From assembly GCA_025201805.1 (NCBI GenBank), contig MU619359.1:31210-95209 (forward strand): DNA of 64,000 bases, read 5' to 3'. Of the stretch, positions 36,126 to 48,462 are shown in pieces. How positions within the stretch are numbered: the stretch's first letter is position 1; every line of letters begins with the position of its first letter. Source of the stretch: Parasitella parasitica NRRL 2501 (taxonomy: Eukaryota > Fungi > Mucoromycota). The position numbers were made by a program, and so were the translations under genes. The notes under the pieces are model-generated. The model did no database searches, had not been told where the DNA came from, and was given only the letters and a program-made list of their open reading frames with translations.

Positions 36126-37593
36126 TTCATCTTGTTACACTTTATTCACCTTGTTGGCTCTGTTTATTCTTGGTATACTCCTGGCTTCAACCCCGGGGAA
36201 GTAGCACCAAAAAAAGAACAAATAAGATGATTTTTTAAGTCTAGACATAGATCTTTTTATATAATTAATTTTATGCTACAAAATAACATACGTAAAAATG
36301 GCTTGAAATATATTTTCATGAAGTATTAGCATTAAGCAATAATAATATAAAATTAAATCGTAAATCTTCAAAAAAAAATTTCAAATTGAACAAAAAATAA
36401 CAAAAATTACCTAATTAGTGTGATTGTATTTATCTGCTTCTGGGCGTTTTTATGATGTTACTCTCAAGCAATATCAACAAGTGAAGGAGAGAAATACGAG
36501 AAATTGTACTGAAGGTATTTCACCAAAATTATGAAAAAAGTTACGTATAAATCGAAAATAGTATGACTGTAATCTGGGATATCTGAAGTATGCTAGTATT
36601 TAAATACGTTTGAGTCAAGTAGATCAAAACGAGAAAACGATGGGTTTTCTCATGTTTTATATAAGAAAATGGTCGGGACGACCTGCTTGTATATTTCAAA
36701 AAACGACGTTATTTACCAAAAAAGGTGATTCTTTAAGCTGTAAAAAGCGTTATGTATTACAATTAGTTAAGATATATAGCAATTGATATCGTCCACCATA
36801 ACAAAAACCAAGTCAAATATTGATCGAAACAAGATGCAATTACATAAATTTATTTGCAACAGATATTTATATATAAGCAACACATGTTTGCAACAGCAAA
36901 AAAAAAACCAAAGACCATCACCATTTTTTGCTTTAAAATATTTTGTAAATTGGGTTCATTCAATAATGTAGATCAAGGTTTATTGTTGAAATAAAAATAA
37001 GAAGCATGTAAATAAACTAGATTAAACAGAATGCGAGGTCATTTGTGTACATATCCATGTACACTTTCGTTAATAGTGTAATTGATCTCCCTCATAATCG
37101 TACACAGTGTACATGCAAAAAAACATGTATTATAGGCTTATGACTGGACTGTTGATTCGCTTTAAACAATGAATATAACAAAGAATACAATGAATTCTTC
37201 ACTGTAAACACGCCTCCTAACGCAGACAGCAAAGCTCCTTCCCTTCCTCCATATATTTTGACCCTCCTTATACTAATACATATATTTGATCGAATTTAGT
37301 TACTTTATGATTAATCAGATCTTAATACATACAAAATTGTGCATTTCATTGTTTTCTGATCAATTCATATCAAGTATAATGAGACTCTCATTTAAAAAAG
37401 AACAGATAACGTTGAAAATCTTTTCCAAGATGGCGTCGTAAAATGTGCGCTTTACATTGCGTTTGATATCAGAAAGCATCCCCTCTCTCTCCTATATTTT
37501 TTTTTTCTTTTCTGAAGCTGCATGATTATATAAAAATCCGAGTGGTGTCATTTTCATTATTGTACTCTTTTTCTTTTCAATCATATAAAAACA

Positions 37594-38439
37594 ATGTCCA
37601 AAGCAGCTACTGTCCTCCTTGAGTAAGAGAAAAGCTTGCAGCTTACAATATTTATTTGATCTTATATATTAATATGCTTGCGTAGATACAAAATTGCCAT
37701 GGTTGGTGATGGCGGTATATACATATAAATTTGATAGTCGTGTTTCGTTGCTCTAACATTATTCTAGGTGTTGGCAAATCTGCTATGACAATCCAGTTTA
37801 CTCAATCGCAGTTTGTGGATGAGTATGACCCCACAATTGAAGGCATGTTACTTGATTGCTATAATAATGATTCACCAGCTAACGCAAGTTACAGACTCTT
37901 ATCGTAAGCAATGCTTGATTGACAACCATAGTGCTATGTTGGATATTCTTGATACAGCAGGACAAGAGGAATACAGGTATATAGTGTAGTATATTACTCG
38001 CTTTGTCCAATGACCGACTCATCAACGGGTAGTGCTATGAGCGAACAATACATGAGAGACAGAAATGGATTCGTGTTAGTTTACTCCATCACCTCAATCC
38101 AGTCATTCGAGCGAATTAAGAAATTCTACGAAAAAATTGCCCAAGTAAAAGATGGCGAACCATTTACAGTGATTTTAATTGGAAATAAATGCGATTTAGC
38201 GCACCAGCGACAAGTTTTAAAATCTGGTATAGATAGTGTTTTATAAAGTACAACGAACCAAGCTGATTTTTTTCCTAGACGGTGACAAGTTGGCTAAAGA
38301 ATATAATTGTCGATTTTTGGAAGCATCGGCCAAACAGAGAATCAAAGTAGATGAGACGTTTTATGAATTGGTTCGCGATATACGAAATACAAAAGTGGAA
38401 GAGGAAAAGGAGGAATCATTCTGTTGCATTATTATGTAA
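37594..38439 (+). CDS. ras: Ras-family small GTPase, 6 exons
   Basis: [43 protein letters not shown] box. Confidence 0.96.
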
Positions 38440-38442
38440 ATT

Positions 38443-40226
38443 TTATTCAAAAATGTCGAGTGTAGTGAAAGGTTTGTCTCTATTTTGGTCCTTTGCATTT
38501 TTTGCCTTTTCTAATGCAATCTTCTCATCCATGTCAGCCTATTCCGGGTGGATTAATAATTAATATATATGCCAATTAATAAATAACCATAGATGTTTAC
38601 CATTTTATGATCAACCACGTTTTTGGCTTTCTTGCGCCTATGTCTCTTTAATGCAGAATTTCTGCCTCTCATTCTCTTCCTTTCTTTTTCTGGTGTATCT
38701 GGTGTGTTTGCCTCTTGCTCCTCTTCTCTTCTCTTCAATATATCGGCCTTTGTAAGCCTGTTGATTTTACCAATCTGTGTAGGGTCCAACATAATCATAT
38801 CAGGCTGAAGTTTATCCAATAACGTATGCACCTCAGTTTCTTGTCTCTGCCTCTTGGTTTGGAAGGGATTGGCCTCAAGTGTATCAAAGTTGGCTTCACC
38901 TGCTCCAGGAATAACAATGCTAGAGATACCTTTTTGATGGCCATAACCCAACACATCTTCAAAAGGCACAAATTTGAGATCTTGTATAGTTGACCCTGCT
39001 TCTAAATGTGACATGTAGGGCGATTGTTGTTTTGATCTAAATGCATCCTTCCAGACTTGAACATGTGAATTCAAGCCAACACCTAATAAGCCTGTGTCCG
39101 AGATATCTAATGATGAAGCTGTTCGCGGTGTATAATATTCTTGAAGACAGCCGTAAGTACGAATATCCCAAATCTTCAATTGCCCGTCTGCTCCAGATGT
39201 GGCCATGTAATTTCCCCCTCTATCGACTGCCATAGCTCGCAACGGTCCGCGATGGCACTGCATTTTCACTAAAGGCGCAGGCATTGAAGGTGACCAAAGC
39301 GTCACTGTGCCGTTTTGATGGCCAAGATGAATAACAGCATTATAACGATTCTGTGTCATAGTGTTGCATGGTCCAAGTTTTGTACGTTTCTCTGCAACAA
39401 GTTCACCAGTAGATGTATCTTGGTATTTGAGATATCCATTGCTGCCGATCGATGCAAGCAGATAATGATAGGGAAGAAATTCGAGTTTATCGACATAGGT
39501 ATGATTTTGCAGTCGATGAATTTCCAAGCCTGATTTATCGTAAATGTAAACATATTTCTTTTGCGCTACTGCCAGTAACGTTTCGTTATGGAGCCACGTA
39601 ACATCGCGCACAGTTTCATTGACATGTGTTTCGAAATGAAGTCCTCCAGTTTGCCAATCGAAGGCTGCAATATGGCCTTTATGGCCCCCAACCAACAAAT
39701 GACGGCCGTTACGGGTATAGTCAATCGAATAAGGTCCAAATTCTGGTAAATCAAGAGAAAAGATCTATCATCGAGATTGGTGTTGGTTGAAATACTGTGT
39801 CAACATTTTCGATACTATACGTTACCTTGCTGACAGTGTTGACATCAAGACTAGGAGCAAGTTGATCTTGTCGAAATTTAAACGTTTTTTCGAGACCTTC
39901 AGCCTCCAAGTAACCACCTTCTTCCTGCAATAGCATCTCAGCCCTAGCAGCTGCACGAGCAGCATCTCTATTGTTCTTTTCTTGGTGAGTAATTTTTGCT
40001 TTCAGCTTTCTATCGGCAATTTTCTATAATCAAACAGCTTAGTTTAATAACTGTAAACGAGCTTTAAAAAAGTCAAATTTACATTGGTTTCAGCAGCAGG
40101 AGCCACTCTCATATACTTTTCTTCGTTTTGAACAGGTTCCTCACTTTCCGCCATCTTTTTGATTTTGGGTAAGGTGTAAGTTCCGGGTGCTTTTTGTTTG
40201 ATGGTCTTGTTTTTATTCTTTGCCAT
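38443..40226 (-). CDS. UTP7: U3 snoRNP WD40 protein Utp7/WDR46 (BING4CT)
   Basis: AVAQKKYVYIYD, LEFLPYHYLL, GHQNGTVTLWSP, PGAGEANFD, EVHTLLDKLQP. 4 exons. Confidence 0.95.
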
Positions 40227-40926
40227 GGTTTGTGATAATATGGTGAACCCACATTTAAAAAAATCTCGAGAGTTTTGTAAATCAAGTTCGCTAGTATAAA
40301 CAGTCGTTAAAAAGCAACCTAAAAGCCACGATTGTTTAGCATTGATGCATGAGATTGATCTGTATTAATATTTGATATGCTAGCCCTCATTATGAACTAG
40401 TCTTCAATAAATCATAGTAGACCACTGGAACTAAGTTATGACTTTATTCAGCTCCTTTTGATAGTTGGTTACACTTTAAATCTTCAAAATTCTTATGATA
40501 TTCTTCGTTTAGATCTTTTACTCTGCGGATGCCTCCTAAAGTGTGACTAAAATCAAATACCTATGCACATTATGAATGACCAGCAGCATACAGTACGGAT
40601 TTGCATTCAAGACAGGCACTTTATTATTTATTGCAAGAACAAGAAAAAGCTACTCTAGGCCCCCTTTTCATTCTTTTCGTTCTCGAAATGGCATTTAAGG
40701 GGAGGTCTGTTCTGTATAATCAGCTAGACGAAGGTACTTTTTTCTAGCTGGGATACTGTTGATTTTTATTTCAATTACATGATTCTTGCCTTTTTAACTT
40801 TCGAAATCACACTCATCTAGAGCAACTAGAGCTCGTTATTATCATCAGTTTCTCCTTCCGCATGATAATCGTGTTGTAAAAATTGTACCCGCCGCTGTCA
40901 AAAGTGATTGAGAGCTTGCATTGAGA

Positions 40927-41188
40927 CAGTGTTGCAGGGGCCTTAAATAGCACCGTAGGCCTAAAACTTGGAAAATAAGATAAAGCTACAGAAAAAACGC
41001 ACTCAAAATACCGTCAAACAAAGTAAAAGTGCTATCAAAACACACAATAGAGGTGAAGACCCATTTAATGCCATATTTGCAAGGTTTATGCAGATTTTTT
41101 GCAGCTTTTTAAGGACAGGCTTCTTAGACTTTTTTTTGGGGGGGGGGGCCTAACTTTCAAAATCGGAGCGTGCATTATATAAGCACTC
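40927..41188. mobile_element. Possible non-autonomous DNA transposon/MITE fragment
   Basis: Starts CAGTGTTG. Shares TTTCAAAATCGGAGCGTGCATT with 57248-57269. Confidence 0.35.
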
Positions 41189-41622
41189 TACATGTGTATA
41201 AATACCATCATTAGAAAGCCAAGAAACAGGAAGACTTATATAGTATAAATTTGTATACCAATCTGTTGAATTGCCATAGGTACAGCCCTTTGAAGAAGCA
41301 CCTGTTTAAAATATCACGTCAAACTGGCCTTGAGCGCTGAGTTCCGAATCGTCCCAAAAATCAAGAAACTAGGATTAAACTGTTTCGTATATGACAATGG
41401 AAAAGGCTTCAAAATATCTTCTGCTGAGCGTCTGTAGGCTGTTTTTTTCAGTCTGCACTAAATATCAGCATTCCCAGCCTCGTACAATCAATTTGTACCT
41501 TCAATTTTGTAATCGTAGATAAACATGCGCCACTGCAGCTGTTAATATTTTTCATGAAACAAAGATCGGGTCCTGCCATTACAAGTGGGAAATAAATTGT
41601 TTATTATCAATAAAAAGAGTGT

Positions 41623-42623
41623 TTATTCAGTAGCCATCATAAGTTTAATCTTAGCAATAGCGGCACCAGGTTGAAGACCCTTGGGACAAGTCTTTGAGCA
41701 ATTCATGATGGTATGGCAACGGTAGAGAGACATTTTGTTTTGAAGCTTTTCACGACGTTGAGGACCGAATTGATCACGAGAATCGATCATCCAACGATAA
41801 GCTTGCATCAATACAGCAGGACCAAGGTATTCTTCTTGATTCCACCAGTAAGAAGGACAGGAGGTGGAACAGCAGGCACAGAGGATACATTCATACAAAC
41901 CGTCGAGCTTCTTTCTGTCCTCAATGGATTGCAGGTTCTCTTTACCATCGGTAGGAGGTGTTTTTTGCTTGAGGAAGGGCTCGATACTCTTATATTGCTT
42001 ATAGAAGAGGGTTAAATCAGGCACTAAATCCTTGACAATGTTCATGTGGGGCAAAGGGTAGATCTTGGCTGGCTTGGAAGTGTTCTTGTCAATTTTGGAG
42101 ATACAGGCCAGAGTGTTACCGCCCTCAATGTTCATAGCACACGACCCACAAATGCCTTCACGGCAAGAGCGACGGAAAGTCAATGTAGAATCTTGTTCAT
42201 TCTTAATCTTGATCAAAGCGTCCAAAACCATGGGGCCACAAGAATTCAGGTCGACCTTGTAAGATTGAAGCACAGGCTTGTCGGTAGGCTTATCAGGGTT
42301 CTAGTGGTATTGTGTACCTTTTAGTCATTTTTATCTTATCATGTTTACCGTATTAGTTAATATTTTGTTTTTCTTACCCAGCGATAGATTTCAAAAGTCT
42401 TGATCCTTGGCTCTGGGGCATCCGCAGCAGACGCCATCATAGAGGCAGGTGTGGTGTGCAATGAGCGAGTCAAAGGCTATCGATGAGAAACGTAAACAAC
42501 GCGCAATCAGTATCCGCAATGTGTATGTTTTCCTTGCACAAAAACAAGACTTACGACGGCAGCTGCAGGAATCCAACGTCTAGAGATGGAGCTTTTCACG
42601 GTTTGTAGAGCAATAGAAGACAT
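41623..42623 (-). CDS. SDH2: Succinate dehydrogenase iron-sulfur subunit, 3 exons
   Basis: [48 protein letters not shown]. Confidence 0.98.
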
Positions 42624-42941
42624 TTTAAGAAGGAAGAGTGGGGAGGGTGTTTACTGATTAATGAAAATGCGGGGAAAAAGCACAAAAAATGAAAAAAAGG
42701 GAGATTTGGTATACAGGCATTATTGTAACATTCGAGCAAAGAAAAATAAGCAGTACTAGGTACACATGTAAGACTTTGCTGAACCAACCAGGGGGGGGGG
42801 GGTGGTGGTGGTGGTGATGGTGGTAGTGGAGGGGTGCGACGAGACAAGGATCAAAGGGTTTACCCAGTTGGGAATGATGGTTTATTTATTTACAAGGGAT
42901 TTGGTTTTTTTTTTTTTTTTCCGTATAATAATGTCATTTCG

Positions 42942-44489
42942 CTACATTGGTATATAGGCAGGCTCTTTGGGCCCTTCACAGACTACATTGAGCTTTTCTC
43001 GTGCATCTGCCTTTCTATTGGCAAACACGATTCGCATTGTCTTGTACAAATAGATACGCTTCTTTTCCGTTCGACAGATCTGTACATGGATGGCATACCG
43101 TAATAGCTGCTTTTTATCGTCGTCCTGATCTACTACATAAGATTTTTGTCGCAGAAACGTCTTTGTGTTTTTGGGCATGTCTGTTACGTTGTAAGGAATC
43201 AAGAATAGTTTGACAGCCGTCTTGTTTGGGTTCTTGACAACAACTTGCAACTGTCCTTTGGGCGGAATGCGGTAGCCGGGTTGCGGTTTTTTCTCCAAAT
43301 GCGTCGCTGCATACTCCCCAATATCCACAGTGCCGACATAGGGCGTCATGATATCGTCCTGAGGCAGCTTGTAGAACGTTGCTGGGAACACTATGGACCA
43401 ATGAGGGGGGCATTTTAACGATGGCTTACAATCGCCGTAGCCCAACACTCCAATTTGACTGTGAAACGTAATTGGCTTTGATGGCATCGATGACATTCTC
43501 CCCGAGAACAGCGATTCTTCAAAGCTGCCAACAAAACAGCCATGGTGCTGCTGATCTGTCAAGGAACTTCGTCGCTCCATGTTGATAGGATGGTCCAGAT
43601 AGGACAGAGGACTTGTAGGAGATAGCAAGTTGTTTGGTGATGTAGAGTAAGCAAACGTAGACCGAAGTCCAGAATGATGACTGCCGTGGTGGGTATATTG
43701 CATACGAGGTGACGGAATGGGTATAGCAAAAGGCGAATTCGTAATATTCTCTGGCTGGCTGTCATCTTCATCATCAATGGCAGAGAGGGATAGGCGAGAG
43801 AGCCTCCTGACAGCGATCATTGGTGCATTGTTGACGACGATTGCTGGTGATACAGCGGCTGTAGCTGTGGGAATATTAACCAGAGGGTGGATTTCTTGCA
43901 ACAGAGAGGGTTGAGGCTGTTGCATTTTCGACCAAGGCATGAATGAAGGACTTGACAGTGCCTGAAGCGAGATTGCTAACTTTTTTCTGGGGTTTTCGTC
44001 ATAGACTACTTCCAAGCTTAGACTCGGCAAATGGAACCGTTGCGCTTTTAGTTGAGCCTCTTGTCTGAACTCAATTCTATCTTGGCTTGAAGCATGAGAG
44101 TAGCATTGCTGATTCGGTGAGTTGTTGAAGCAAGAGATGGTGTACAGTGACTTGAACTCATTTGCAGGCATTTGATGAATGAAATCCTCGATGCTCTCGA
44201 TGAAATTATTCTTGTCGCTTGGACTCGCTTCTTCTGCAGCATCGAATGACATGATCCACCTCTCCAATAAAGCGTCAGACTCTTTCTGTAGAATATTGAT
44301 GACGATGCTTGCATTATCTATCTCTTCGCTTATCGATGAATCGATACATTGGCCATGGTTTTCGATGTTTAGACAATTGGCCTTTCCCTGATTTTGTAGT
44401 CTTGCCAGCAGAATAGAGTCGATTAGTTTGGAAAATACATGGTTGATTGTTGTGGTATTGTAATGGTACTGATTCACAGGAATGGGCAT
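42942..44489 (-). CDS. FAM214/Atos-like protein (DUF4210 plus C-terminal conserved domain)
   Basis: FVGSFEESLFSGRMS, CPPH, PYVG, GYRIPPKGQLQVVVKNPNKTAVKLFLIPY, TFLRQK, LRYAIH. Confidence 0.9.
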   Translation of the reverse strand: MPIPVNQYHYNTTTINHVFSKLIDSILLARLQNQGKANCLNIENHGQCIDSSISEEIDNASIVINILQKESDALLERWIMSFDAAEEASPSDKNNFIESIEDFIHQMPANEFKSLYTISCFNNSPNQQCYSHASSQDRIEFRQEAQLKAQRFHLPSLSLEVVYDENPRKKLAISLQALSSPSFMPWSKMQQPQPSLLQEIHPLVNIPTATAAVSPAIVVNNAPMIAVRRLSRLSLSAIDDEDDSQPENITNSPFAIPIPSPRMQYTHHGSHHSGLRSTFAYSTSPNNLLSPTSPLSYLDHPINMERRSSLTDQQHHGCFVGSFEESLFSGRMSSMPSKPITFHSQIGVLGYGDCKPSLKCPPHWSIVFPATFYKLPQDDIMTPYVGTVDIGEYAATHLEKKPQPGYRIPPKGQLQVVVKNPNKTAVKLFLIPYNVTDMPKNTKTFLRQKSYVVDQDDDKKQLLRYAIHVQICRTEKKRIYLYKTMRIVFANRKADAREKLNVVCEGPKEPAYIPM

Positions 44490-44591
44490 TTTTTTTTTAT
44501 TTATTTTTTATGGTAAAGAACGAAACAAAAAGGAAAAATGGAAACGAAAATTTTTTATTATTAATGCAGCAGCATCCAGCACCGGCAGCAC

Positions 44592-44604
44592 CACACACAC
44601 ACAC

Positions 44605-44639
<35 letters not shown>
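44592..44639. repeat. (CA)n microsatellite
   Basis: About 24 units with one CG interruption. Confidence 0.95.
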
Positions 44640-44643
<4 letters not shown>

Positions 44644-44655
44644 AATGACTCAAGG

Positions 44656-45976
44656 TCACAATACTTGGTAATTGATGTTCAACTGGCTCCCTTTAAGATT
44701 CAACGAAGACGACCTAAACGCATTGGGCAAAGATTTCTTGTCAGGTGGCATGAACTCTTTGGTGGCTTTGTCTGAATTGAACAATCTGTATGTGTAATAC
44801 GTCTTCCAGCACTCTTGGTCTAATTGACTCTGTATTAAAAATGATTCAAAATCGTTGCTTTCGCCTTCCAGTAGCGGCGATTTCAACAATGCAAAGGACA
44901 CCATTTGGATCCAAAATAACGTCTGTGTTTCCGAGTATTGAATGGATTTAAAGGAATCAGTGTCTGATATAATGGATAGATTATATTCTAATTGCTCAAA
45001 CAGCGGTTGCATTGATTGGCGTTGCACCATATTTAGGTAGATGATTCGGATCAAACAGATGTGGTCAAAGAATAAAAATGCTCGTCCTTGATGAAACCAC
45101 ATATAAAATTCCTTGTCGTTAAAATGATGTGGATTTGGTACCTGATCCCAAGGCGTAATTGCATCTATTTGTTGATTTAATGACGGTGTGGGTGATATTG
45201 CTGGGACGGGACGATGTAAGCTTTGCTGGCTGGGTCGTGTTTGATTCAGCTTGAAGGTTATATAATCAAAAATGCTATCTAGGCCATCACCTGTCAAATT
45301 ATTGCATGAGAATATCCTCCAATCATGGCCATTCAGTAGATGCATAAGTGCCTCATCACTGACCCACAAATGGCCAATATCTTGAATGTCCATAGGCGGT
45401 TGCGTATCTTGCTTTGTTGCTACGGTGATGATAATAGCATTTTTTAATATTTTCTGATACGTTTCTAATAGCCACATCATATTTTCTTTTGATTTGGATG
45501 AAACAACTTCTCTGTCATAAGCAGTCGAGTCAATCAAGTAGATTATAACTCGAGTCTGTTCATTCAAATAGTTTAAACACGAGCTTATTTCTAATAAAAA
45601 GCACATTAAATCGTGTTAAAAAAATGTAGAAATGTTTGTCATTTGCTTTTTACCTGCAAAATCCCATAATTCAAACTGATTAGATTGATAGGATATCGTT
45701 TCAACGTTATGTGATGAGGTGGGCATTACATCAAAATGTGTGTCAGGACGATTTACATTATATTTGAAGTAGGATCTGTAAAGAAACGATGTTTTGCCAG
45801 AGCCACGAGGTCCCAGAATTGGTATACGGATAGGTGAATTTTTAACTTTTAAAGTTTTAATTAGTTTTACGTATGAGCAAATTTTGATATACAACCGAAC
45901 CTTCTTGTTGCAAATCTACGATTTTTTGATCATTTGGTTTAGTAGTTCGGGTGATCAAAGTTGAAAGACGCTTCAT
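44656..45976 (-). CDS. Divergent Arf/Arl-like GTPase domain fused to an uncharacterised C-terminal domain, 3 exons
   Basis: ILGPRGSGKT, PT..HNVETI, LWDFA|E, IIYLIDS, ATKQD, WRIFSCN..TGDGL. C-terminus has FDH, YSETQTLFW, YYT...FMPPDKK. Confidence 0.85.
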
Positions 45977-47203
45977 GGTATGTCAATAACGAAAAATAAA
46001 GAAAGAAATGCAAAAAGAAATAGAGGGGTATATAGTGTATTTTGGGGAAAAGAGAGAAGGAAGGAGAGAGAGAGAGGAAACGCAAGATATGATGTAGGAT
46101 CTTTTTTGGGAATCTATCCGCCAATCACTTGATGCTTAATTAAACTTGAAGTCTTTCATGTGCTTAAATTTCGTTGTCTAGGTGCAGGGTACCGCTTTAC
46201 TTGCTCCATATATCTAGGCTTGTCATGACGACTAGAGAAAAAAAGCCATCTAGAGAGAATCTTTTATTATTGAATAAAAAGACCAATGTTTATATCTATT
46301 TCTTGTATAGTCTGACGGATCAATCTTCGGTTTTCAAGAAACCATATAGTAATCTGAGAACTGGGGATTTCGGACTTGGGGCAAAGAGCACCTGCGATAT
46401 TTCCTTTTTTTTTTTTTTTTTTTTTTGTAGTAGAAGTAGTAGATTAAACTTTGATGCAAATAAATTGAAAATTGAACTCAAAAGTCAATGTATAATATCA
46501 TTTGATGAGATGAATTGTAAACCTAAAATCTAATTAAAACATTTAGGTACGCTTGTATTTAGTGCACGTTCTCGTATCACTTTAGTCTTCATGTCAGTCG
46601 CAATGCTGGATTTGTTAGAAACAATGCATTGTACACAGCTCGAGAACAAGACTGAAGTTAACGACTTTTAGTAAAAGTACAAGGTGCTAGTTCATATAGA
46701 CGCAAAGCTTTTATCTTTTTTGATTATTATGTATAAAACGTAAAGTACAGTCAACCTTTGACAAGTATTACAAGTACACAAATATTCAGTTATAGTTGCA
46801 TCATTATATTTGGAAATATTAAAAGATTTCTCTCATGCTTTTCAGATCCTAACTACTATTTCGTTCATTATATGTATGATTTGATCAGGTAATAGCAAGT
46901 ATAAATCAAAACAAAACCTATATCTATGGAAATCCTCAATGAGAAATCCAAACTGCTTCGATGTAGTCTAGCAATCTTTAATCCAATCCTTTACACGATC
47001 CGAATGATGACATTGAGTGTCAGTAAGAGGTTCAGCCACCTGATGCCTGACATCAGAGAACGGTAAGAACCTGATACGCGGTACTGTCCCTTTGAGGTAG
47101 TTGCTGTGGCAGCAAGTCAAGTCCGCATAAAACGACTCTAACCCTGTTCTTATGTGGAGAAATTTTTTCCTTCTTTTTCGCTTATAAACAGCAAAGTTTT
47201 GGG

Positions 47204-48091
47204 ATGCTACCGACGCTTAAGCTATTAAAAACCAGGAATCCCCAGACAGCCTTCTGTTTGCTTCGCGCTTTAGCAACAAAAAAAACAGCGTCTCCAAGGT
47301 CACTAGCAGGTCTTCAGCATGAAACTATACGCTCTATTCACACTAGAAAACCTTTGACTCTGATACTCTCTAAACGCCCGCAAAAAGAATCTTTGATGAA
47401 TACATACACGATGCAACAACGCCACTTCTCGCTTTGGAATATACCCCTTTCACTAATGACAGCATCACCTCTTAAACGCCGATTAACATTAGCAGCATTA
47501 GGAGGTGCTGGTTTGGCAGTTGCTGTAGTCTTGGGGCCATTTTTGTTGGTAGGTATTGGTGGAATTGCTGCAGTGATTGGATTTCGTATATGGAGGATCA
47601 AGAGAGACCTCCAAAGCGAATTGCAGCGAAGTGGCCAACCATTACAGGATTGGCCCGACTTTTTAAACGCTTTCCTGCAACAACAAGGGACAGGCGTGTT
47701 TGGGAATGACCAGCGTCAGGTCGAAACAGAAGCTGTGCGTCGTTTACAATTATGGGCGCAGTCGGAAAAAGGCAGGAATCAATTAATTGAGCACAGCATT
47801 AATCCAGAAAGGATTACTGACAATGTATCAATGCGAGGTTCGTCATACTCATCAACAAGTTCAGATGTCGCTGGCACAACCACCAAGATCAAAATTGAGC
47901 TGGATTTACGGAATTCGCCTGGAACTATCTTGATTGCGTCGGCTCAGCTTGACAAGAAGAGTAATACGTTGACTATCCTTGATATGAAACTGGTCACTGC
48001 CATAGGCCATGTATTGCCACTGCCATTATCCGTAAACCCGCAAAACCCGAATGGAGGAAGAGTGATAGAAGGGGAATTTTATGATGTTTAA
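47204..48091 (+). CDS. Hypothetical mitochondrial membrane protein
   Basis: 295-aa intronless ORF with a basic presequence, Gly/Ala-rich hydrophobic hairpin and C-terminal VIEGEF. Confidence 0.8.
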   Translation: MLPTLKLLKTRNPQTAFCLLRALATKKTASPRSLAGLQHETIRSIHTRKPLTLILSKRPQKESLMNTYTMQQRHFSLWNIPLSLMTASPLKRRLTLAALGGAGLAVAVVLGPFLLVGIGGIAAVIGFRIWRIKRDLQSELQRSGQPLQDWPDFLNAFLQQQGTGVFGNDQRQVETEAVRRLQLWAQSEKGRNQLIEHSINPERITDNVSMRGSSYSSTSSDVAGTTTKIKIELDLRNSPGTILIASAQLDKKSNTLTILDMKLVTAIGHVLPLPLSVNPQNPNGGRVIEGEFYDV

Positions 48092-48216
48092 AAATGCAGA
48101 TAGATAGAGTCTGGACCCTTTTTCTCGTTCGTGTATATGATAAAACTGTCAGTTTGTTTTATTTTTAGCTTTTTCATTTTGGCTTCATTGTGGTACATAG
48201 TAGTTTGAATAAAAAA

Positions 48217-48401
48217 NNNNNNNNNNNNNNNNNNNNNNNNNNNNNNNNNNNNNNNNNNNNNNNNNNNNNNNNNNNNNNNNNNNNNNNNNNNNNNNNNNNN
48301 NNNNNNNNNNNNNNNNNNNNNNNNNNNNNNNNNNNNNNNNNNNNNNNNNNNNNNNNNNNNNNNNNNNNNNNNNNNNNNNNNNNNNNNNNNNNNNNNNNNN
48401 N
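48217..48401. other. Assembly gap (N run)
   Basis: Ns flanked by poly-A. Confidence 1.
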
Positions 48402-48462
48402 AAAAAAAAAAGGAGAAGTATAAAGTAAAGAAAAAAGGTCTTTTTCTAATTCACTTGCCAAA

